NCBI GenBank assembly: GCA_028023455.1 | Contig: JAQFVV010000006.1 | Span: 248,001 to 312,000, forward strand | Origin: Epiperipatus broadwayi | Lineage: Eukaryota > Animalia > Onychophora | Direction: 5' to 3' | DNA: 64,000 nucleotides | In this document: positions 38,715 to 50,287 of the stretch, in pieces | How positions within the stretch are numbered: position 1 is the stretch's first letter | Layout: every line of letters begins with the position of its first letter | The notes under the pieces: model-generated | Database searches by the model: none | The model's input: the letters and a program-made list of their open reading frames with translations, nothing else | What the model was told of the DNA's origin: nothing | Translations under genes and position numbers: made by a program

Positions 38715-39933
38715 CACCTGGGTCTCGTTTTATGCAGATTATTTTAATGCGATTTTGAAGTTATGCGATTCATGTTTCTTTTTAATATTTTTCATATTTC
38801 GCTATATTTATTAGATATCAAAACATTATTAATAACTTATTTTGACTTGAAATACTTTTTTTTTCCAAAAATGTAACTAGAAATTTCATATACACCTCTC
38901 GTTTTATGCGGATTATTTTAATGCGATTTTGAAGTTATGCGATTCATGTTTCTTCTTAATATTTTTCATATTTAGCTATATTTATTAGATATCAAGAAAT
39001 TTAAATTATTAATAACTTATTTTGACTTGAAATACTTTTTTTTTTCAAAAATGTAACATTATATTAGCAGCTAACGTGAATATGGCCTGAAGCTATATTT
39101 AGAATAAATAACCTACTTATACTAATGAGTAAATAATAATAATAGATTTATACTTACATATAAAAATATTCAAAAATTTTAAACTTTTAAAACATATTTT
39201 GTTAGGTATAACAGAAATAAATAATGTAGATTTTTAAAATAAATAACGAAGATTTTATTGATTTTTATAAACTGAAAATAATATTTTTATTGATAATGAA
39301 TAATCTTTTTGTTTTGATTGCGATCTCATTTTTTAAATATAGAAACAAAATGTGAACATTTAAAATTTATTTCAGTAGTAAAAATCAGTTGTCAACAGAA
39401 AACCATTAACACAGCACAAGACTGAAATTAGCACTAAATGTGTAAATGGGATAGAGCAGAATATGGTAAAAATTAGAGTGGGGAATGGCAAATAAAGTGG
39501 CTAACAAGTTTCTCTGGGCATAATTGCTGAGAGATTCTTGACTTTGTTCAAGGAGAAGCTACATCACATCACATCGACGAATCTGATTTCTTACCAGTTT
39601 ACAAACGAACTGCATATCGTCGATAATGATTAAAATACGTATGAAAAAATGTCAAATTAAATATTGTAGTTAATAAAAAAAAGTAAAAAAAGTTTGTCTT
39701 ATACCAATTTTTTTCAAATATTTGATATTTTTTATTAGTCATACTTTATTTTCTTATTTTTTTAATGCAAATTTTTAAGTAATTTTTCCTTGTTGCTTTG
39801 CTTTTATGTGAATTCTGAAAATTACAGACCCTATCCCCCATTTTTCAAGGTAAGTTAAGTCTATTTTTGAGCGATTTTTTTTAATGCGGGTTTTCCGTGG
39901 AACCTATCTACCACATAAAACGAGACCGATGTG
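38715..39933. mobile_element. Family D transposon copy with a 178-bp left-end duplication and a LINE 3' insertion
   Basis: Colinear with 3505-4406. The duplicated unit starts at 38700 and 38878. The family C fragment at ~39440-39575 is absent from the 3505 copy. Confidence 0.85.
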
Positions 39934-40445
39934 TACTTATTTATGAGGTTCCTTCTGATTTCTTCACTTTTTCCTAAGAGCAAAGTTGATTAGTGGTTTT
40001 CACACATTATGTATAGTCACACTAAGTTGAATTATGGCATTATTTACCATTGTCATGTGAGCAATTCCTTTGAATTTTCTTCTTTGCACTTTTTCTTCTC
40101 TATCCAATATTTTTTTTGTTCCCAATTGAACATATGTTCATTGATACATAACTGATGATTAGGATAGAGAAAACAGATGAGTCTAAGGTAACAAATCATG
40201 TAAAAACCAATGAACATATGTTCAATTGGGAACACACAAAAATATTGGATAAAGAGAACAAGATACAAGGAACAAAATTCAATGAAGCTATTACATGACA
40301 ATGGCAAATAACCCCAAAATTCAACTTAGTCTGACTATACATAATCTACAGAAACCAGTAATTAACCCTCATCTTAGGAAAAAGTGGAGAAATCAGAAGA
40401 AACCTGATAGCGAAGTAAATGAAATTTCTATTGACTGTTGTCTTT

Positions 40446-40695
40446 GGCAGGATGGCTCAGTTGATTACAGCGTTACTCTAAAATTCAATATTCAAAAACC
40501 TAAGAGTCCAGATTTAATTCCCATGCTAGTACTATCACTGGTCAGGCCAGCCACACTTCAAAAAGAGAAGAGAATAATACCACTCGAAATGTGCATATAC
40601 TTACCTGTGAGCTATTACTGACAATTGAATGTAATTGAAAAATTTAAATATTAAATTTTCTAAAGACATTCAATACTTGATATTAGATGATAGAA
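40446..40695 (+). mobile_element. tRNA-headed SINE with HHR-like body (copy 2)
   Basis: GGCAGGATGGCTCAGTTGATTACAGCG...GATTTAATTCCCA, then GAG..CUC GAAA UGUGCAU A. The 5' core is mutated. Confidence 0.7.
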
Positions 40696-41689
40696 ACAGT
40701 GCAATATATAAACACAATGATAGTTATATGTTGTTGGAAATAAAGTTAAAGTTATAAAATTTAAAAAGAAACCTTGCACACATATAAAATTTAAAAAAAA
40801 ATTCCATATGAAAATTTGATACAAACATTCTAAAACTCAAATTAACACTGTGGAACATTAAATCTAATACTTAATGATGAATGAAAATTTATTAGCGTGA
40901 GTTCCATCAACAGAAAATGTTATTATATTAAATTAATTATTTACACAGATGTAAGTTTTTGTTCACTAATAAAGTAAGAACTATAGTCTCCCTCCAGGAC
41001 CTACTGTTCTACCATATTAGCTTAAAAAATGTCAATCAAATATTGTGATATAATAATGAAATCCATCATTAATGTCATATATAAATAAATAGTAAAATAG
41101 TTTTAAACAGTTATTGCAGAACCAAAACAACTTCAACAATCCTCATGGAGGTGGAGTAAAAAAAGAGCAATATTCTTCGATATATAAATTTATGGATATA
41201 AAAGTTAGGCAATTCTCCATTTTTGTTTAATCCATTATCAACGAATAGCTAGAAACCTACTTAATGACAAATAATTGGGTTGATTATGCATCAACTACTT
41301 AAAAAAAAAATCTTACGTCTGAATGAAAGCGGGAAAAAAAATTCTAGCTTGATCCAGCCCAAATATGAACCCAAATTATGAGAATAATAGGCTGATAAAT
41401 TATTACTATGTTGAAATTCTTTCTAATAATATATATAAAAACTAAACGATGGCTGAAATACAAACCATTAAGGCATCATATGACTTTAGTTTACACTTGG
41501 CTATTCATTGGCAAATTCTTATCACTACTTCTGTGCCATCTAGTGTAAAATTTACTAATTAATAGATGCAACATGATAGTGTTTAATAAATTTTTGTCCA
41601 TAATATATAGAAATTGAACTGTTTTCAGATTTGGCTATGTAGACAAATAAATTTAGACTGAAAAATTAACAAGGGCTGGTAGTTCGGTA

Positions 41690-41840
41690 GTGTAACAAAA
41701 AGTAAAAATGGCTGCTAGAGAAAAAGTGTATTAAATCCAAAAAAGAAACCAGATGCACAATTTAAAAAATCCAAAAGCCCCTCATTTATAAAAGTCTCAA
41801 ACTGGAAACGAGTCTGGGAATATATTGATAGGATAACGCT
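41690..41840 (+). mobile_element. Old family A copy
   Basis: atggctgctagag...ggaaacgagtctggga, with a decayed core. Confidence 0.55.
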
Positions 41841-42152
41841 GGAGGTCTTATTAAATACTGCCATCTGATATTTATCGATTACTAATGTTTATACTAAATG
41901 GCATAAATATAGTGAGAATAAAAGCGTTTGCTAAAAATAAAATAAAAAATATACAATTATCATGAAAAAAAAAAAGCAAAATATCTTCATAACAAAAATA
42001 TCAAGTATAGTATTACATATAATAAAATAAAATTTGGATTAATCATAAAAGTTTTAGAGAATGGAAGACAGACCATACGCTGGCTGTAGTTTAATAATTA
42101 TTTATATAATTAGCATTAGTACAGTCAATTTTTATATCATTAACTAATTTTA

Positions 42153-42187
<35 letters not shown>

Positions 42188-42218
42188 CACATAAGTTCTC
42201 ACAAAGTTTTATACTTAC

Positions 42219-42676
42219 AATTGTTAAAATAGTTTGTAAATGTACAATGGAAAATTTAAGAGGATTATTTGCTTTGGCACTGGGTGGAGGCACTTCTACA
42301 GGAGACGATGAATTAAAACTAGAACCAAATTTATGGAAAAAATAAACCTTCGGATCATATGGAATGCTGATTTGACTTTGAACTGATGGCCGCTTATTAA
42401 AGCCTAATTCTTGACTAGAATGAGGTGATCCAAAGTCTGTTGTAGATACGTTAGACAAAATGGATCGAGACAGTGAACGTGGAATGATTGTTCGAAATGT
42501 CGTGAAAGATCGTCGTTTCGAAATATTATCCTTGGTCTTATCAGTACCGGACATATTTTTGGGAATTGTAGGTGGAGGAAAAATTTGACTTAACAGGAAT
42601 GCATCTGAATCGCTACCTCTCCCCAAGGCACGAATCAGTCCTATCAGCACAGGAACAATAGATTTACAGAGCATAA
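42219..42676 (-). CDS. PI4KA: PI4KA exon: (F)MLCKSIVPVLIGLIRALGR...RRSFTTFRTIIPRSLS...LQTILTI
   Basis: cag acceptor, gtaagt donor, 458 nt phase 1->0. Corresponds to ORF 42150..42674. Matches the AIPCLIGISRAFGR and RRSFNDFRSILP motifs. Confidence 0.95.
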
Positions 42677-43469
42677 CTGAAAGGAGAAGAAAAAAAACCT
42701 CTATAAAAGCACAATAATAGAAATTTTATATAATAACATTTATACCTAATTATTTATTTATCTAGTGCTGTGTTTTTTATTTATAGTCTTTTTAAGAATC
42801 TTGTGTTTAGAGTGAGCGTTATAAATTCATACAGCTTATATGTCGATGCAATTCTCTTATGATTATTGTAATAGCAATATATTTTCCTTCATTCACTTTC
42901 TATAATGTGGTAAATTTTATTAGAAATACTAAAGCAAAAATTATTGGAGTTGACATTCAAAAAATGCAGCAGAATTAACACAAGAAAACATTAAATTACA
43001 AAATGTACTACCATTAATGATGATATTAGAAAATACGTTTAAAAAAATCTTAAATTACATGTCAATTGATTATTTGTAATCCATCATTTTTTAAGTTGGA
43101 TACAGCAAAAATAAATGCAAGAATGAGTGTTCAATTTCTTCACGTCAAGAAATGGACTTACGGAAAATAATTGAAAATAAAGGTTCTTTCGTTTATTATT
43201 ACAAAATGATTACCATATTTTTATCACTTTAAAATAGCGAAAAAAATGATTTAACTGAAGCTAGATTTACAGAAATATAAAATTTAATTTTTGAATGACC
43301 ATCAATTATCCAGAGAAAATTAAATCATATTTTAAAAAGAGGTAAAAGTTATGGATTTCAATATGTTAGAGAGAAATGAAAAATATATTATTGTAGCATC
43401 TGGTAGGCCTGAAAGTATGTTTTTAATTGGTAATATGTACAATAAAGTAGATATTAATAAATTTCCTGA

Positions 43470-43730
43470 GGCAAAACTCTCCATACAGTAGCACAACTCA
43501 ATGCAAGTCAGAGAAATCAATGAATGGCATTAAATCCATATCTAGGGCCTACTCATCCAATATCCCACCATTTTAGACTAATTAGGGATTTTATGCACAT
43601 ATCTTCCTGAATCCATTGATTACCCTGGCTTGCACTGAGTGGCGCTACTATAGGGAAAGTTTTGCCTCTGTGTAAACAATTTGTGTAAGCATAAAAAAAT
43701 GGTGATCATGTGATGTTTTGTGGTTTAATA
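43470..43730. mobile_element. Family A 3'-end inverted pair lacking the HHR
   Basis: gcaaaactctccatacagtag... / ...gaaagttttgcc...gtgatcatgtgatgttt. Confidence 0.8.
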
Positions 43731-44809
43731 ATTTTCCTGCTGTGTTGTTAATTTCCAAAAAAAAAAAAAAAAGTGAAATTGATCAAAATATAATTTTTAA
43801 TTTGTCTGAGTCACTATTAATATCTGCTCATAGTTGTGATGTCACAAATCTTCAATTATCTTATACATATACTTAATCCTTATAATTTTTAACAATGACT
43901 TCAATGTTTCTTATTTTCTTCATTTAATATCTGCACATGTATAACTCTACTTACATCTAATGCCTCAATTAAAAATTGAATTTGATTTTGGAATGAAAAA
44001 ATTAGCTGATTATCAACAAAAAACAAATGTAAAATCCCTAATTTTAAAATTTTCAAAATAAAACATTTACAAATTAAACTGATCTTGTTTAAAAAAATAC
44101 TAATTTTTAATTTGAAGTTAATAGATGCATTATTTTTCTTCTAAAAAATTACAAAAAAAGAAAATCCCTTCTCAGACCATTTATGGGTAAATTCCTTTAC
44201 CAAAATAAACTGAAAAAACTACCAATTAAAAAAGGTTATTCCTATTGCACCCTATTGATATAGAATTTAACATTATCTTAAACATTCTTTATAAGAAAAA
44301 AACCTCTTCTAAACTACTTTTGGGTTTTAATACAATCAATTCCTTAATTCCGTAACAAATATGTCAATATCTAATGAAAATGTTATTAACATTTAAATGA
44401 AGTGCAAAGCTACTAATGAGGTATCTTTATAACCATCTTTTAAAAATATAAATGTGTATGTTTATACAATTTTATGTAATATAATAAATCACTTATTTTT
44501 CCAATTAATCTAAGCAAGATTCAAATTTTATTAAATAAATGTGTCAACATTGCAATTATTCAACAATCTTCTTAAATGAGCTACACCGAAAAATTATGTT
44601 GTCTTATTTCCAAAATATTATCTAGTTCAGGGCTATCCAAAACATAGCTTCCAGGCCATATGATCAACAGCAAATGTGTGGCCTGCATAGAGGTTTTGAT
44701 TTTGTCGAGTGAAAAAAGAAAATTGCAATTTGAATTGTATGCTTATTAGATATTTTAATTCTATCAATAACTGATAATGTTGATATTATTATCTGATGTT
44801 TTTAATCAC

Positions 44810-45215
44810 TGTAATATAATAAGCGCGCTAATAGCTCTAAACAAGATTTTTTGATAAATGTCGCAAAAGAAAGCATTTAAAATCTCTATCCAGAATATCC
44901 CTATCACCAAACCGGTTTCGAACTGTTGGCTCTCATCAGTGAGATGCTAGGACATTCAACAAGCTTTTTCAATAAATGCCGCAAGAGAAAGCATTTAAAA
45001 TCTCTATCTAGAATTATCCCTATCCCCAAACCCGTCAGTGAGGCACTAGGAGATTTGTGTCCAAATGTCCTAGAGCCTCACTGACGAGAGCCATCAGCTC
45101 AAAACCGGTTTGGGGATAGGGACAATTCTAGATAGAGATTTTCAATGCTTTCTCTTGTGGCATTTATCAAAAAAGTTTGTTTAGAGCTATTAGCATGCTC
45201 ATTATATTACATTTG
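44810..45215. mobile_element. Family G HHR element: two tandem minus copies plus one inverted plus copy
   Basis: Minus HHR 44903-44945: CUGAUGA GAGC caaca GUUC GAAACCGGUUU. Plus HHR 45076-45115: CUGACGA GAGC cauca GCUC AAAACCGGUUU GGGG. Confidence 0.85.
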
Positions 45216-45589
45216 TAAATACAAGCTTATTAAATTAAGCCAAGTGATGTATGACTTTATTTCCTTGCTATTTTTATCATCACTTTATACCCACATATTT
45301 TTCAAATTTTAACATATGTGTGATTAATGTGCAATTAGTTCTGCATTTATTATTTTGGATGCAACCATTGGATAAATATATTTTTTTTTAATGCAGCCCT
45401 TGCAATTACTTAAGGTTGAACAGCTTTGATCTAATTTCAAAGAACATTTTTGTACAATCGAAATGATGACTTTATAAAATTTGACCAATGCATAAATTTA
45501 CTGAGCTTAAAAAGGATGTGATTTATTAAATAGTTAATAATATGTAATGCTAATAGAAAAAAGAATACAATTTAAAAAATTCTTCTTCA

Positions 45590-45790
45590 ATATTCTACTC
45601 CAGTGTCACCTATTGGAAACATGAGTAATCACTGGATAGTGTATGGAAATATCAACCAAATTTTCAGACAAGTTTCCGACTACTGGCATTCACCAGTAAA
45701 AAGCCAGGAACCAAGCTGCAAAGTTAGTTGATGCATCATCTGGTATCCAGTGATTACTCATGCTTCCAAAAAATGACTGTGGAATAGAGT
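45590..45790. mobile_element. Inverted repeat with a central degenerate family-A-like HHR (45664-45703, minus)
   Basis: UUUUUA CUGGUGA AUGCCAGUAGUCG GAAA CUUG UC UGAAAA. Arms tggaa(a/g)catgagtaatcactggata. Confidence 0.55.
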
Positions 45791-45894
45791 AGTTGAGTTA
45801 TACCAATTGATAATGAAAAAAATAGTTAAGCAATAGGATGAAAGACGATAATTAATAAGTAAACAGTAGAGTGAACAATCAATATAAAACTAAC

Positions 45895-45988
45895 ATTTTG
45901 CGGTACTTCCTTTAGGAGTGTGCATATCCTTGGAAGAATAGATTAAGCTGGAAAGAACACTCAGAAGATCTACTTGGGCAGAGATAAT
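45895..45988 (-). CDS. PI4KA: PI4KA exon: IISAQVDLLSVLSSLIYSSKDMHTPKGSTAK
   Basis: ttag acceptor, gttagt donor, 94 nt phase 0->1, open and in phase with both neighbours. Confidence 0.88.
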
Positions 45989-46189
45989 CTAAACAAAAAA
46001 CAAAAGCAAATAAAAAAAATTATAATTCTAAAAACATTATTGATTAACTTCGAAATAACAAAAATAATTTTAAATTATCAATTGTATAAAAAGTCTATTA
46101 TATTTCTATAGATGTATACTGGAATCATATTGTATGAGTGTATATTTATAAGAACATTTACATGTGTATATTTTTCATGTTGTTTAGAG

Positions 46190-46710
46190 CAGTGTTCTTC
46201 ACCCCTTGGTCTTCACCCCTTGGTCCGCGGACCGGTGCTGGGCCGCAGAACTTTTTTACAGGTCCGCAGGTAGACTGGCAGAATAATAAGAGTTTAAACT
46301 TTTAATTAATATACACGATTTTTATTTATTTTTTCATCTCATTTTTACCCAATTAAAAAAAAAAGAAACAGAACGAAAACAAAATCTAATCAATCATACA
46401 TAAATTAATTTGTTTTTCTAATTATCACAGATGTTTATGGGGGGGGGGGGGTAGAATTAAATTTTTTATTACTTTTCTAAAAAAATTCAAAAGTAAAAAA
46501 AAAAGTTTTTTATTATACAAACTCTATACATATATATAACTGCAGTTTGTATCCTTAACATTGTTGTTTTGATCAGTTGTAACAATTATGCTCATATAAG
46601 GATACGGAGTTTACATCTTTAAGAAAATTTATCTATAGACTTCTGCCGGTCCGCGAAACCTTATCCTTATTTTTACCAGGCTGCAGGTGTGAAAAGGTTG
46701 AAGACCACTG
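46190..46710. mobile_element. hAT (Charlie-like) MITE, 521 bp
   Basis: TIR CAGTGTTCTTCA / TGAAGACCACTG and a perfect 8-bp TSD GTTTAGAG (46182-46189, 46711-46718). Confidence 0.92.
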
Positions 46711-47220
46711 GTTTAGAGGCAGTGTAATCATCACCATGATTATATTCTGGAATACAAACCTGGTTCAAGTGAAATTATTATCAAGAAGACTAAGATTTTC
46801 TCTCAGGTAGCTGGTATATAGCCAACACAACTAATCATTCAATAGTGGTCAGTAAAAAAATATCTAACAAGGATAGAAAATCAATCAAACTTTCACTAAC
46901 CAGTAATTGGCAAGTCTAGTAAATACTTCCTTCTCTTTTATTGTTGTTTTATAAATTGCTGTTGGAAAAGCCTTTGACCCAAAGTTGACACAATTAACCA
47001 TTCAACATAGGTCAGTAAAAGGATGTTTAACAAGGATAGAAAATCATTCAAACTTTTGCAAGAAAAATCTAGTGAGAAATTTCTTTTTCATTCACTGTAC
47101 CTCTGTATAAGGTGCTTTTGGAATGCCTTTTTCCCACAGTAGACTTGATAAAGGCTGTTTCAATTACACTAGCAATTATAGATAAAATAAAAATTCATAT
47201 AACATTATAATACTAGCCAA

Positions 47221-47673
47221 GGTTTTTAACAAATGTGTTTTACCAGTTCTTACTTATGGATCTGAGACTTGGACACTTAATAGAAGATCAATACAGAGAC
47301 TTCAGACCACTCAAAGAAGTATGGAGAGATGTATGTTGGGAGTAACAAGAAGAGATCGAAAACGCAATGTATGGGTAAGAGAACAAACAGGTGTTACTGA
47401 CCTCATTGAAAAAATTAAAAGATTGAAGTGGAGTTGGGCTGGACATATTGCTAGAAGAGATGATAATAGATGGACAATTGAAATTTTAAACTGGATTCCA
47501 AGAGATTGTAAAAGACCCAGAAGGAGACCACATGTAAGATGGATGGATGAAATAAGAAAATGTGTAGGGGTGATGTGGAGAAGAGAAGCTAAAGATCGGA
47601 GAAGATGGATTAAACTTGGAGAGACCTTCATCCTGCAGTGGATTGATAATGGTTGATAATGATGATGATGATG
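47221..47673 (+). mobile_element. 5'-truncated RTE LINE with (GAT)n tail
   Basis: ORF 47321..47656 LKWSWAGHIARR..W..W.PR..RPRRRP..RWMDEI. 9-bp TSD actagccaa at 47212-47220 and 47674-47682. Confidence 0.93.
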
Positions 47674-47689
47674 ACTAGCCAAAAAACAA

Positions 47690-48630
47690 AATTTTATTAA
47701 AATTCCTCCACAACCATGGTTTCATGTATCAACAAATAGACCTTTTCAAGTGAAATTCAACAAAATACATTCAACATATATATATAAATAATAAAATAAC
47801 CTTTCCACCATTTACTTCAAAAACCAAGTTCCTTTAATATCAAAGGATATCTTCATGATATTGATGGCCTCAGATTTATAAAAATTTATCATCAGTGTTT
47901 CTTTTACTCTTTTTTTCAATTCATTTCTTTCATAAAGGCCAACTTCTGCTTGTCAAATAATATTTTATGACCTATATTCAGTTCATGAATATACAAAGCT
48001 GAGTTATGATATCTATTTTTAACTCTAATCTTATGAACTTTAACTTTTTATTAAGACTTAATTTGCTTTGACCAATATAAATTTTATGACAATTGCAATG
48101 AATCTTATAATCTATCCCAGGAATAGATTTTCTATCAATTGACTGTTTTGAAGTATTTAATAATGAATTTAAACGAATGCCTTTCTTCCAGGCCACATTC
48201 ATACTACCCAATAAAAAATTATTTTTGTAAATCAATTTCCAAAGTGATGACTTAAATGGTAAAGAAATAAATTCTTTATTCACACTAACAATTAAATCTT
48301 TTATTATTAACAGACTTATAGATATTTTTATTAAATATAATATTCCTAATAAATTCATGATTATAATCTAAATCAATATAGTCAGAAGCAAATTTGACTC
48401 CTTTGAATAGAACTATTATTTTCAAAATTATTAAGCCACATTTTGGTATAACAAAAATTTAATAAAGAAAGTCTCATGAATAAAAGGTTGATAACTGTCT
48501 GACCTTATATTTCTTAAATTTTTTTGTTTAATAAAATAACTGCAAAATAAAACATTATCAATTTTATCAACATTTAAATCTATCAATTTCAACTTAACAA
48601 AATCAAAAGCATTCAATCTATCTGTCATAT
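47690..48630 (-). mobile_element. Penelope-like element 3' fragment with terminal HHR
   Basis: DYKIHCNCHKIYIGQSK GIY-YIG (ORF 47978..48358). HHR at 47707-47754: UUCAC UUGAAAA ... GAAA CCAUGG UU GUGGA. Confidence 0.85.
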
Positions 48631-48631
48631 T

Positions 48632-49210
48632 TGACCTTGCCTTCAAAAGTGGACTAGTCCAGATTCCTTACTTATCTGATCGGATTGAGCACTCATGGCC
48701 ACTAACCTATGCATAAACATGTGTATAACCAATGTATAAACATAGCCAAAGGGTAAAATGTAAGTATGGTCAATGTGTAAACATGTGTATAAAATCCTAC
48801 CATTGGTTAGTGTGGGCCGATGGGCAATGGTGCTCTCTGAATCCGATTGCTGCCAGTAAGATAGATCTGACAATAAATAGTCAGCCTTTTTGGAGGTAAG
48901 GGAGGGAGAGAGAGAACGCCTGTCTAACCTGAACGTACTCTCAACTGAAACCACTTCCAACAGTGAAGGTGTTTCTACTAAAGTCATTACTGATATGTCT
49001 ATGCAGTGAGGCAAGTCCACAATATGACTGGAAGCTGCTAAGACTACGGTCAACTCGAGGCAAGCTTTCCAGTACAGGCGGAAGAGTCTTGACTAGAACT
49101 CGAGGCAAGCTAACCAGTACAGCTGGAAGAGTCTTGACTAGAACTCATGAGGCAAACTAATATACACAACTGGAAGAGAGTCCGGCCCGACCAACACAGT
49201 ATTAACTACA
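48632..49210. mobile_element. GC-richer insertion, candidate solo LTR with internal 45-bp tandem
   Basis: TG at 48632, CA at 49198 or 49210, AATAAA ~48873. 45-bp units at 49053, 49098, 49143 plus a diverged unit at ~49003. TSD imperfect (atatt/gtatt). Confidence 0.45.
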
Positions 49211-50029
49211 TTTATGCACATACAACTGTATGTATTGAGAGTTCATATTTTTATTGATAGCACTGTTGGTTTGAGCCTGAAATCTGCAATTCAGACCGAA
49301 CATAACACTATCAAAAAAATCCTTCAATTTATCTTCTTGAATGACTATCAAACAATCATCAACTATATAACAAATAATTTTAAAGTATCAGAAAATTGAC
49401 TAATAACACCAATCTCAAAAAAACCAATATAGACAGAGCACATTAAAGAAGAAATTACCTATGAAATACATAGAATCCTCTAATAACAATCTTATCTACA
49501 GAAAAATATTCATGTTTCTTTAAAACAGTAGGAAACACATTAGTGCTTGACAACAAAAATGTATTTTCAATGTTTTCTTGCAGTATACAGTATTAGTAAT
49601 ATCTTAATTCATGCAGATAAATATGTAACTTCTGGTTTTTAGTTGTAAAAATGCAAAAGTAATCGCTGAATAAAAAAAATGAATAAAAAGAGCAATATTT
49701 AATCTTTCATTAAAAATTTTTTATTTCAATGTCCTCCTAGATCAATTTCTACTTGAGAAAAATGATAAAAAAAATCTTTATTTGATAAGTGAAATAAAAC
49801 TGTCACCACACTCAGTCTAAAAATTCTATGTCCAATTGATTTTCTGAACAACTAGATGGTTATTTTATTTTCGATTCACTAAAAAAAAAAGAGAATTTAT
49901 TTTATTATGCGATCAAAATGCATTTAGGTAAGATTATACCACTATTATCGGGCCAACTTAATAGTTATATAAATTAAATGATAATTTCTTTTGAAATGTC
50001 AAACAATAATTAAAAATATATGACTCAAC

Positions 50030-50115
50030 CTGTTCTTGTACTGCTTCATTTCTACTGGCAATGTCGCTCAAAAGCGTATTTAAGCAAAAACTGAAGCGTT
50101 CACTAACGGGAATTC
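50030..50115 (-). CDS. PI4KA: PI4KA exon: (R)IPVSERFSFCLNTLLSDIASRNEAVQEQ
   Basis: Polypyrimidine-ag acceptor, gttgag donor, 86 nt phase 1->0. Matches the LPVAESFSFCLVTLLSDVA motif. Confidence 0.95.
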
Positions 50116-50287
50116 CTAAAAAGAAGAAAAGAATCTTTTTTAAAATGTGTTGGTTGACTATTACGAAATATCATTTATCAACAAGACAAAAATAAAATGA
50201 GACAGAATAAAAATAGTTACAGAATAACAAAATTCTTACCAGTAGTTATATTTATAAATATCAAATAAATTGTAATTATGGAATATA

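Noticed and set aside
40295-40621. Plus-strand ORF of 108 aa, and a gtaagt donor near 40600 on minus
   Set aside because: It overlaps the tRNA-headed SINE, whose second copy is not open. No PI4KA exon is missing in this interval.
47311-47682. Minus ORF MASHHHHH...
   Set aside because: It is the antisense shadow of the RTE 3' end, and the His run is the (GAT)n tail.
48643-49160. ORFs 48643..49053 and 48963..49160
   Set aside because: They fall inside the LTR-like insert. The repeated peptide simply reflects the 45-bp tandem.
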